In this document: piece by piece, positions 56,788 to 64,000 of the stretch
How the letters are laid out: every line of letters begins with the position of its first letter
Position numbering within the stretch: the stretch's first letter is position 1
Assembly (NCBI GenBank): GCA_034433305.1
Contig: DAOUAM010000028.1
Span: forward strand, 44,699 to 108,698
Direction: 5' to 3'
DNA length: 64,000 nt
Source: Dehalococcoidia bacterium
GTDB taxonomy: Bacteria > Chloroflexota > Dehalococcoidia > Lucifugimonadales > DAOUAM01
Position numbers and translations under genes: made by a program
The notes under the pieces: model-generated
Told to the model about the DNA's origin: nothing
Databases searched by the model: none
The model's input: only the letters and a program-made list of their open reading frames with translations

Positions 56788-58287
56788 ATGACTGCGCACG
56801 ATCTCTACCTTCTGTCGCCGGAGTTGAGCATGGCCGGGCTGGCCATGCTGGTTATGCTGCTGGACCTGGTGGTGCGTCGCAAAGGGGGCCTGGCGGCGCT
56901 GGCAGTGGTGGGCCTGGCCGTCCCCCTGGGCTTCAGCATTGTGCTGTGGTTCGACCTCAACGAGGGCGGCATAAGCTCCGTCAACAGCATCCTGCCCTTC
57001 ACCTTCGTGGTGGACAAGTTCGCTCTGTTCTTCAAGTTCCTGTTCATAGGCGTGGCGGCGCTGGTGCTGCTGGCCTCCATCGAGTACGTGCGGCACTTCC
57101 AGCGCTTCCAGGCGGAGTACTACGGGCTGGTGCTGCTTTCTGCCACGGGCATGATGCTGCTGGCGTCCACCGTGGAGCTTATCACCATATACATATCCCT
57201 GGAGCTTACGGCGCTGCCGGTGGCGGCGCTGGCCGCGTTCCTGGGCACCAGCCGCTCCTCGGAGTCGGGAGTCAAGTTCCTGCTGCTCAGCGCCATAAGC
57301 TCGGCGGTGCTGCTTTATGGCATGGTGATGGTCTACGGCTTCACCGGCAGCACGCGCCTTGAGGAGATCGCGTCGCAGCTAGGCAAGCTGGGCCTGAGCG
57401 GCGAGACGCCCTTCGGGAGCTACCTGCTGCTCCTGGGCATCGCGCTGATTATCGCGGGGTTCGGGTTCAAGATCGCCAGCGTCCCCTTCCAGATGTGGGC
57501 GCCAGACGTGTACGAAGGCTCGCCCACGCCCATCACAGCCTTCCTGTCGGTGGCCTCCAAGGCCGCCGGCTTTGCGGTCATCCTGCGCGTGTTTTACATA
57601 GCCTTCCCGCTGGAGACGCTGAGCATTGAGTGGAGCGCCGTCTTCGCGGTGCTCAGCGTGCTGTCCATGAGCCTGGGAAACCTGGTGGCCATAGGGCAGA
57701 GCAACATCAAACGGCTGCTGGCCTACAGCACCATTGCCCACGCCGGCTATCTGATGATAGGGCTGGCCGCCATAGCCGCCCGGGGCGCCGACGCCGACGC
57801 GGCCTTCGGCCCTTCAGGTGTGCTGTTCTACCTGGGCGGGTACGCGGCCACCAACCTGGCGGCCTTCTCCACCGTTATCGCCATCTCCAACCGTATCGGC
57901 AGCGACACGATTGATGACTTCGCCGGCATGGGACGCCGAGCGCCGCTCCTGGCGGCGGTGCTCACTCTCGCTATGGTGTCCCTGATAGGCGTCCCTCCCA
58001 CCGTTGGGTTCATAACCAAGGTGTACCTGTTCGGGGCCGCGGTGGACAGCGGCCTGACCTGGCTGGCCGTGGCTGGCGTGGTCAACAGCGTGATTTCGGC
58101 CTACTACTACCTGCGGGTGGTGAAGGCCATGTACCTGTCGCCGCCGGCATCCACCGAGCCCATAGCCTCCGGGCTGCCCATGAAACTGGCGGTGCTGGGC
58201 ACCTTCGCCGGCATAGCCTTCTTCGGCATCTACCCGGCGCCGCTGCTGAACCTGGCCAGGACCGCCGCCTCGGTGCTGCTGTCCTGA
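56788..58287 (+). CDS. nuoN: NADH-quinone oxidoreductase subunit N
   Basis: SLELTAL, FKIASVPFQMWAPDVYEGSPTP, KRLLAYSTIAHAGY, SAYYYLRVV. Confidence 0.97.
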   Translation: MTAHDLYLLSPELSMAGLAMLVMLLDLVVRRKGGLAALAVVGLAVPLGFSIVLWFDLNEGGISSVNSILPFTFVVDKFALFFKFLFIGVAALVLLASIEYVRHFQRFQAEYYGLVLLSATGMMLLASTVELITIYISLELTALPVAALAAFLGTSRSSESGVKFLLLSAISSAVLLYGMVMVYGFTGSTRLEEIASQLGKLGLSGETPFGSYLLLLGIALIIAGFGFKIASVPFQMWAPDVYEGSPTPITAFLSVASKAAGFAVILRVFYIAFPLETLSIEWSAVFAVLSVLSMSLGNLVAIGQSNIKRLLAYSTIAHAGYLMIGLAAIAARGADADAAFGPSGVLFYLGGYAATNLAAFSTVIAISNRIGSDTIDDFAGMGRRAPLLAAVLTLAMVSLIGVPPTVGFITKVYLFGAAVDSGLTWLAVAGVVNSVISAYYYLRVVKAMYLSPPASTEPIASGLPMKLAVLGTFAGIAFFGIYPAPLLNLARTAASVLLS

Positions 58288-58524
58288 GCCCAGGTCCCTT
58301 GACACGCCACCGGGCCGACGCTGGACTCCCGGAGCGTCGTATGCCCGCTGCAAGCCCTGCGTGACGTCTAGGTGGCGGGAGAGGCGTGGCCCTCCCCTTT
58401 GACACCACCCGGGACAGGAAAGGCACAGAGGCCCTGTACCACATTTGCGTCGCTGCTGATAGACTGTACAGCGACCAGGCAGGCTTGAAGAGTTCCCGCA
58501 GCAGATGAAGGCAAGAACCAGAAC

Positions 58525-59391
58525 ATGTCCCAGCGCAAACTCATAGGGCTGGTCTACAACGCGCGGATGCGCGACGCCGCTCCCCTGGTGGAGTTCCTGG
58601 TGGAGGCGCTGAAGCTCAGGGACCGGAGCTGGACCAGCGCCACCACGGAGATGGACACCATCCGGGACAAGCTGGAGTCCACGTCCACCATCATCACCGT
58701 GGGCGGCGACGGGACTATCCTGCGGGCTGTCCGGGTGGCGGCCCCCTTCGCCATACCCATCCTGGGTATCAACATGGGACGCATCGGCTTCATGACCGAG
58801 CTTTCCGTGGACGAGGCCATAAAAAAGGTCCCGGAGTACCTGAACGGCGGGCCGGCGGTGGAGGAGCGCATGATGCTCCAGACGCTAGTACTGCCCGCGT
58901 CCGGCGGGGAGCCGCGCATGGCGGCCCACGCCCTCAATGACGTGGTGCTGGGCAGGGGGGCCATCGGCAAGCTGCTGGACATTTCCGCGACCATTGACGG
59001 CGTGCCCGTGACCACCTACCGCGCCGATGCTATCATAGCGGCCACGGCCACCGGCAGCACGGGCTACGCGCTGTCGGCGGGAGGCCCCGTCATCCATCCC
59101 CAGACAAAGGTCATACTCTTGCAGCCCGTGGCGCCGCATACCGGCCTGCGCAACGGCCTGCTCCTGCCTGGCGAGTCGGTAATCGAGCTAAGCGCCGGCA
59201 ACGAGCAGCAGGCAATCCTCAGCGTGGACGGCTCCCTGGACACGGCCCTCAGTCCCCACGACAAGGTGGTGGTGCGGCGCAGCCCCCATGTGGCACGTTT
59301 CCTGCGCATGCACCCTTCCGCCGGGTTCTATGCCTCGCTGGCCCAGCGCCTGGGGCTGATCTACGGCACCCGCCGGCCAGATACCAAGTAG
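58525..59391 (+). CDS. nadK: NAD+ kinase
   Basis: VGGDGTIL, GINMGRIGFM, LNDVV, ATGSTGYALSAGGP. Confidence 0.95.
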   Translation: MSQRKLIGLVYNARMRDAAPLVEFLVEALKLRDRSWTSATTEMDTIRDKLESTSTIITVGGDGTILRAVRVAAPFAIPILGINMGRIGFMTELSVDEAIKKVPEYLNGGPAVEERMMLQTLVLPASGGEPRMAAHALNDVVLGRGAIGKLLDISATIDGVPVTTYRADAIIAATATGSTGYALSAGGPVIHPQTKVILLQPVAPHTGLRNGLLLPGESVIELSAGNEQQAILSVDGSLDTALSPHDKVVVRRSPHVARFLRMHPSAGFYASLAQRLGLIYGTRRPDTK

Positions 59392-59405
59392 CGAAGGAGA
59401 CCACT

Positions 59406-59942
59406 ATGGAACCCGAACAGGTGTTAAGCACCCAGTCAGTCTACGAGGGCAGGATCGTCAAGGTGCGCGTGGACACAGTGTTGCTGCCCGGAGGCGGCGA
59501 GGCATCCCGCGAGGTGGTGGAGCACCGGCCGGCGGTGGTCGTGGTCCCTCTGGATGGCGAGGACAACGTCATCCTGGTGCGGCAGTACCGCCATCCGGTG
59601 GGCCATGCCATGCTGGAGGCGCCGGCGGGCCTGGTGGAGGAGGGGGAGCACCCCGACGACTGCGCCCAGCGGGAGCTGCAGGAGGAGACGGGCCACTACT
59701 CTCGGAACCTGCGGGCGCTGGGCGGCTTCTGGACCAGCCCCGGCTTCTGCACCGAGTTCATTTATGCCTACCTGGCCAGGGACCTGGTGCCCGGCACGCT
59801 CCAGCCCGATGGCGATGAAAACATCCAGGTCGAGCGGATACCACTGTCGCGCATAGGGAAGCTGATACGGGTAGGGGAGATAGAGGATGCCAAGACCATC
59901 GCGGCGCTACTGATGGTGACCTGCCTGTTCAGCAACGACTAG
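59406..59942 (+). CDS. Nudix hydrolase (ADP-ribose pyrophosphatase-like)
   Basis: Nudix box AGLVEEGEHPDDCAQRELQEETG, SPGFCTE, EDAKT. Confidence 0.92.
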   Translation: MEPEQVLSTQSVYEGRIVKVRVDTVLLPGGGEASREVVEHRPAVVVVPLDGEDNVILVRQYRHPVGHAMLEAPAGLVEEGEHPDDCAQRELQEETGHYSRNLRALGGFWTSPGFCTEFIYAYLARDLVPGTLQPDGDENIQVERIPLSRIGKLIRVGEIEDAKTIAALLMVTCLFSND

Positions 59943-59968
59943 TACCATGTCTGCTGAGGTGAACTGCC

Positions 59969-61327
59969 GTGGCCAGAATTGACGACCTTCTCCAACAGGT
60001 TGACCAGGCCCAGGACGAGATTATCGCGCTGGAGCAGGACCTGGTGCGCATCCCGTCTGTGAACACGGGCTTCATGCCCACCGGGAACGAGACCGAGGTC
60101 TGCAGGTACATACGGGACTGGCTGGCCCGCGATGGCATCCAGTGCGAGGTCCTGGAGTCAGCGCCAGGGAGGGGCAACCTCATCGCCCGGCTGGAAGGCC
60201 GCTCCCACCAGACCGGGCTGATGTTCATGTCCCACACTGACGTTGTGCCCGTGGAGGACGAGAGGAAGTGGCGCTTCCCGCCCTTCAGCGCTACTATCTC
60301 CGAGGGACGCATCTATGGGCGCGGGGCGTCGGACTGCAAGGGGCTGCTGACCGCCCAGCTCATGGCCATGCGCATCCTGAAGCGCAACGGCGTGCGGCCG
60401 GAGCGCAGCCTGGCGCTGGTGTCGGGCGCGGACGAAGAGCACGGAGGCCGCTACGGCTTCGGCTGGCTGGCCCAGCACCATCCCGAGAAGCTGGCCGCGC
60501 CCTTCGCGGTCAACGAGGGCGGTGGGACGCCCATCGAGGCCGCCGGCGGGCTGGTGTACGTGCTGGGCGTTGGCGAGAAGGGGCGTCTCCAGGTGGAGAT
60601 TGACGTGAAGGGCTCCAGCGCCCACGCCTCGGTGCCCTGGCAGGGCACCAACGCCCTCTTCAGGCTGCACAGGGTGCTCCAGCGCATCGAGGAGTACGAG
60701 CCTGAGCGGGATACCTCCACCAGCCTGTTCGGGTACCTGTCCACCTTCGCCATCGAGCACAAGCCCTCGCCCCAGAACGTGGACCAGATTATCGCCGAGG
60801 TGGAGCCTAAAAGCCCGCGCTTTGCGTCCATGCTACGCGCCCTCTCGCGCATGACCCTGACACCAACCATGATCAGGGGCGGCATCAAGTCCAACAGCGT
60901 GCCCGAGTCCATCCGTCTCACCTGCGACGTGCGGACGCTGCCCCACCAGGACGAGGGCTACCTGAGGCGGGAGCTGGACAGGGTGCTGGATGGCATCCCT
61001 GGCGTGAGCTATGAGATAGACTACATGGCCGTGCCCAACGCCTCGCCCTTCGAGACCGAGTTCGCGGAGAGCATCAAGCGTGCCATGGCGCGGGCGCTGG
61101 GGCGACAGGATATACAGTGGGTGCCCGGGATTAGCACAGGCTTCACCGACTCCCGCTTCACCCGCCCCCTGGGCGTGGTTACCTACGGCTTCTCCGGCGC
61201 TCATCCTGACGATGACCCCATGCTCAGCCGCGCCCATGGCACCGACGAGTCCATTGGCATAAAGAGCCTGATAAGCGGCACGAAGGCCATGCTGGCGCTG
61301 GCTTACGACCTGCTGGCGGCCAGGTAG
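59969..61327 (+). CDS. M20/M25/M40-family metallohydrolase (ArgE/DapE-like)
   Basis: SHTDVVP, IYGRGASDCKG, ADEEHGG, NEGGG, AHGTDE. Confidence 0.9.
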   Translation: MARIDDLLQQVDQAQDEIIALEQDLVRIPSVNTGFMPTGNETEVCRYIRDWLARDGIQCEVLESAPGRGNLIARLEGRSHQTGLMFMSHTDVVPVEDERKWRFPPFSATISEGRIYGRGASDCKGLLTAQLMAMRILKRNGVRPERSLALVSGADEEHGGRYGFGWLAQHHPEKLAAPFAVNEGGGTPIEAAGGLVYVLGVGEKGRLQVEIDVKGSSAHASVPWQGTNALFRLHRVLQRIEEYEPERDTSTSLFGYLSTFAIEHKPSPQNVDQIIAEVEPKSPRFASMLRALSRMTLTPTMIRGGIKSNSVPESIRLTCDVRTLPHQDEGYLRRELDRVLDGIPGVSYEIDYMAVPNASPFETEFAESIKRAMARALGRQDIQWVPGISTGFTDSRFTRPLGVVTYGFSGAHPDDDPMLSRAHGTDESIGIKSLISGTKAMLALAYDLLAAR

Positions 61328-61388
61328 GAGTACCTCCGACAAAGCTCCACACGGGAGGTGTGGCCCCATAAACTCCCCCAGAAACCCC

Positions 61389-61418
61389 TTGACAAGAACA
61401 ACAGTCCTGTTCTAGTAT
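61389..61418 (+). promoter_or_regulatory. Sigma70 promoter with a LexA (SOS)-like box in the spacer
   Basis: TTGACA (61389-61394), 18 nt, TAGTAT (61413-61418); AGAAC-AACA-GTCCT at 61395-61408, one mismatch to AGAAC-N4-GTTCT. Confidence 0.6.
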
Positions 61419-61458
61419 GTTCTGGAAATGTCCAAAACGTTTGTTTCGGGGGAGAGCA

Positions 61459-61719
61459 ATGGAGCAGAACAGGACTAGGCAGTCGGTCCTTCAACTGGCC
61501 ATGCCAGGTATGCCAACGCTCCCCAAGACTGCCGCCAGCTATGCCACGCTGATGCCCGGCCAGGAAGTCATATACCTGGGGCACATCAGCGGCGGGCCGC
61601 GCTACGGCGCCAGGGGTGTCGTCAGGCAGACCCACCGCCGCAAGGCAGTGGTTGACCTGGGCAGGTCAGGCACCTGGCACATTCCCTACTACTTCCTGGG
61701 CGTCCCAGCAGTCGCCTAG
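61459..61719 (+). CDS. Small hypothetical protein (86 aa), predicted SH3/KOW-like beta barrel
   Basis: RBS GGGGGAG before ATG 61459; PGQEVIYLG...GVVRQ..RRKAVVDLG..TWHIPY pattern; has its own promoter. Confidence 0.7.
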   Translation: MEQNRTRQSVLQLAMPGMPTLPKTAASYATLMPGQEVIYLGHISGGPRYGARGVVRQTHRRKAVVDLGRSGTWHIPYYFLGVPAVA

Positions 61720-61778
61720 GGCGTCATCAGGCCCAGCGTATGCCATGAGTGGGCAGACCACTGGCCCAGGGCATGCAA

Positions 61779-61803
61779 GGGCAAGTTTGAAGCTCGCCCC
61801 TAC
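61779..61803 (-). repeat. GTAG-type REP-like palindrome between convergent genes
   Basis: Minus strand GTAG-GGGCGAGCTTCAAACTTGCCC (GTAG followed by an imperfect stem-loop). Confidence 0.5.
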
Positions 61804-61847
61804 ACACGGTCATGTAGGCGCAACTCAAAAATTACTGTAGGGAGCGC

Positions 61848-62723
61848 TTACCGGAAGAAGCCTTGTTCGAAGTGCCGCCTGATAACTTCCGCCACCAGCG
61901 CGGGCCGCTGGAGGGGAACGTCGTGAATGCTTTCCTCAAGCCATACGGTGGCGCTGACCGGCAGCATGCGGCTGGCCACGGCGATTGCCTCTTCGCGCCT
62001 CAGACGCCGGTCCACGTCCGATTCGTTGCCCGACCGGCGGGCAGGCATCAGCAGCACCGGGCAGCGCACTCTGGGGTATAGCTGCGAGGGCTTGTGCGTC
62101 CACAGCGCCTCGATCACCTGCAGGTGATTGCTGCGGCGCAGCCTGGCCCGTATGGTGTTGTCAGGCAGCACCTCGAAGCAGGCCAGGACGATGTCCTCCA
62201 CCTGTGGCGTGGCCCACTCCCCCTGGAACCTGCCCCGGATGCGTTGACGGAACTGCTCCACAGTGACACCTGTGAAGTCCGGGGGTGCCATCTCCTCACG
62301 GGCGCGCTCCAGTGTCATGCCCGGGCGGGCCGATATTTCAATGGTGCCACCATCCACGAAGCACAGGCCAAGGGCCACGCCGGGATAGGCGACGGCGAAC
62401 TCCAGGGCGACGCCGCCTCCCCAGGAGTGGCCGACGATGATGGGCCTCTCCATGCCCGTAGCCTCCACGAACGCCAACAAGTCCCCTGCCACCGTGGCGA
62501 AGTCGTAGCCGCTGTCGGGCTTGTCGCTTTCGCCGTGGCCCCGCTGGTCCAGGGCCAGCACACGGAAGTGCCTGCTGAGGATGGGCGCCACCAGGTCCCA
62601 GATGTGGCAGGTGGATGCCAGGCCATGCACCAATACTACTGGCTGGCCCTCACCACCCCAGTCCCGGTAATGGAGCCTCAGCCCGGTCAGCTTGATAGAC
62701 TCGTCTTTAGGGAAGCTGGGCAC
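61848..62723 (-). CDS. Alpha/beta hydrolase
   Basis: LVHGLAS, LDQRGHGESD, GHSWG nucleophile elbow, HDVPL. Confidence 0.9.
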   Translation of the reverse strand: MPSFPKDESIKLTGLRLHYRDWGGEGQPVVLVHGLASTCHIWDLVAPILSRHFRVLALDQRGHGESDKPDSGYDFATVAGDLLAFVEATGMERPIIVGHSWGGGVALEFAVAYPGVALGLCFVDGGTIEISARPGMTLERAREEMAPPDFTGVTVEQFRQRIRGRFQGEWATPQVEDIVLACFEVLPDNTIRARLRRSNHLQVIEALWTHKPSQLYPRVRCPVLLMPARRSGNESDVDRRLRREEAIAVASRMLPVSATVWLEESIHDVPLQRPALVAEVIRRHFEQGFFR

Positions 62724-62864
62724 AAGTTCCCCCTGGTACGGCTATGGCAGAAATGGGCCTGTCGTTGGTCCATGCCAGGCCTTGTTGCCAGGACCTATCA
62801 TGTATATGGACAGGCTGGCACCGCAAGGGCTATCGCGGCTCTGTACCCTGGATTCCCAAGTCCC

Positions 62865-63254
62865 TCAGAGCAGGTGCAGGTCGGGTATGTCCGGGTCCCA
62901 GCGGGCAAGGGCAAGATAGGTACGGGTGACGCGGTACTCGCTGCCGTCGCTCTTGCGGCCCAGCATGCCATAGTCCACCAGGTAGCGCCTGATCTGCACG
63001 TGGTCCAGGGCAAAGGGGCTATGCTCCATTATAGCCACGTTGACCTGTTCCTCGGTGTACACGTCCTCAGGCCGGAAGGCACGGAGGATGTAGTGCAGGG
63101 CCGTCAGCCGGGCCTTGAGCTTCCTGGGGAAGGGCACTCGCCCCCTGGGCCGGTCCATCCACTGGCGGACGAAACGCCGGTAGTCCTCGGCGCTTATGGC
63201 CACCAAAGGACCGGCGGCAGGCTCAGGGGCCTTGTCTGAGTGATGGCGTTCCAA
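62865..63254 (-). CDS. DUF2087 domain protein
   Basis: FPRKLKARLTAL, YTEEQVN, DHVQIRRYLVDYGMLGRKSDGSEY. Confidence 0.85.
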   Translation of the reverse strand: MERHHSDKAPEPAAGPLVAISAEDYRRFVRQWMDRPRGRVPFPRKLKARLTALHYILRAFRPEDVYTEEQVNVAIMEHSPFALDHVQIRRYLVDYGMLGRKSDGSEYRVTRTYLALARWDPDIPDLHLL

Positions 63255-63295
63255 GGCTGGACCGAAGGCGGGTGTACGCAGCAGGCGCTGGCCGG

Positions 63296-64000
63296 CTAAG
63301 GCTCGTCGGGGCCGTCACCCGACCCCTGCCGCTGGCTACGCAGGAAGTCCTCCAGCTCTCGCACCATGGCCTCGGGGCTGGGGATGTCCCCGGTCGGCGC
63401 GTGGGCCTCGTCGTAGCGCTCCTCCAGCCGGCGCACGTAGGCGCTGACGTCAGGGTCAGCAGCGATGGACTTGGTGACCTCCGCCTCGAAGGCTTCACCC
63501 GCCAGACGAAGCTCCTCCAGGTCCACGTCGAACTCCACCAGGTTGCGGAGCTTCATAAGCAGGGCGTAGCTTACCCTGGGATTGGGCGATGTGTTGACGT
63601 AGTGGGGACAGTGGCCCCAGATGCTCGCCTGAGGGATGCCCTTCTTGTTGCAGGCGTCCATGAAGGCGGTATGTATGCCCGTGGGGCCCTGGTAGCCCGA
63701 GTTGCGGATGCCCAGCCACTCCACCTTCTGGGTCAGTTCAGAAGAGCTGGCCCGTCCGGTGACGCGAGGCTCGCGGGTGTGTGGCACGGCATCCAGGAGC
63801 GCGCCCAGCGACACCACCAGCTTCACGCCGTACTGCTCGGCAACGCCGGCGATAATGCTGGAGAAGGCCCGCCAGCGCAGGTTCGGCTCAGTGCCCACGA
63901 ACAGGAGGATTCCCCTGGACTCGTCCTGCGGCGCATAGTAGTAGAACTCGTTGGAGGGCCAGCGTATGACGCGCTCGCCTCGCCGGTTTATCCGGGTCTG
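63296..64000 (-). CDS. PAC2-family (proteasome assembly chaperone-like) protein, 5' end outside the window
   Basis: Frame open to the window edge: WPSNEFYY, GTEPNLRWRAF, LGALLDAVPHTR, YQGPTGI, SIWGHCPHY, LEERYD. Confidence 0.88.
   Translation of the reverse strand, partial: QTRINRRGERVIRWPSNEFYYYAPQDESRGILLFVGTEPNLRWRAFSSIIAGVAEQYGVKLVVSLGALLDAVPHTREPRVTGRASSSELTQKVEWLGIRNSGYQGPTGIHTAFMDACNKKGIPQASIWGHCPHYVNTSPNPRVSYALLMKLRNLVEFDVDLEELRLAGEAFEAEVTKSIAADPDVSAYVRRLEERYDEAHAPTGDIPSPEAMVRELEDFLRSQRQGSGDGPDEP

Noticed and set aside
58288-58524. Hairpin CGACGCT/AGCGTCG and imperfect direct repeat CTTGACAC..CACC.GGG between nuoN and nadK
   Set aside because: The matches are short and GC-rich with no U-tract or recognisable RNA motif; compatible with chance or an ordinary terminator/promoter.
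61700-61760. Minus-strand CTGATGACGCCCTA resembles the 3' part of a fluoride riboswitch
   Set aside because: The 5' GGCGATGG..GTTCGCC element is absent, and the site lies downstream of a gene rather than in a leader.

Overview
This GC-rich bacterial window holds about 68 genes and mostly housekeeping functions. Gene content and order suggest a monoderm Chloroflexota of the Dehalococcoidia/SAR202 type; this is an inference and no rRNA is present. From left to right it contains: (1) a siroheme-route tetrapyrrole operon (cobA-hemD fusion cut by the window edge, hemC, sirC, fused ahbAB); (2) pcm, gatB, yvcK, secG and a DUF62 SAM hydrolase; (3) yacL-ispD-ispF-cysS behind a leader that looks like an attenuator; (4) an accessory patch with a Cys-type alpha/beta hydrolase, EVE protein, aldo-keto reductase, DUF1802, Thr-rich lipoprotein, ManD-family dehydratase, LysR, Yip1, TatD, flippase-like protein and an orphan ABC solute-binding protein; (5) a suf operon with an internal Rrf2 gene, a Rieske ferredoxin and two sufU genes; (6) a 14 kb minus-strand gene run in which hopanoid genes (prenyl synthase, hpnH, hpnG, shc, yjbQ, hpnC, hpnD, hpnE) lead with overlapping stop/start codons into a dehydrogenase, FGGY kinase, class II aldolase, unknown protein, extended SDR and nucleoside hydrolase; (7) a DUF4258/DUF2283 toxin-antitoxin-like pair with an in-frame TAG in the toxin gene; (8) an 11-subunit complex I-like nuo operon lacking nuoEFG, with a small DUF2007-like gene between nuoK and nuoL; (9) nadK, a Nudix hydrolase, an M20 hydrolase, a small protein with a LexA-like box, an alpha/beta hydrolase, DUF2087 and a partial PAC2 gene. 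The best candidate for an undescribed system is the hopanoid operon with its attached nucleoside/sugar-phosphate module. I found no tRNA, rRNA, CRISPR array, integrase or transposase. All family assignments come from motif recognition by eye, not from database searches.
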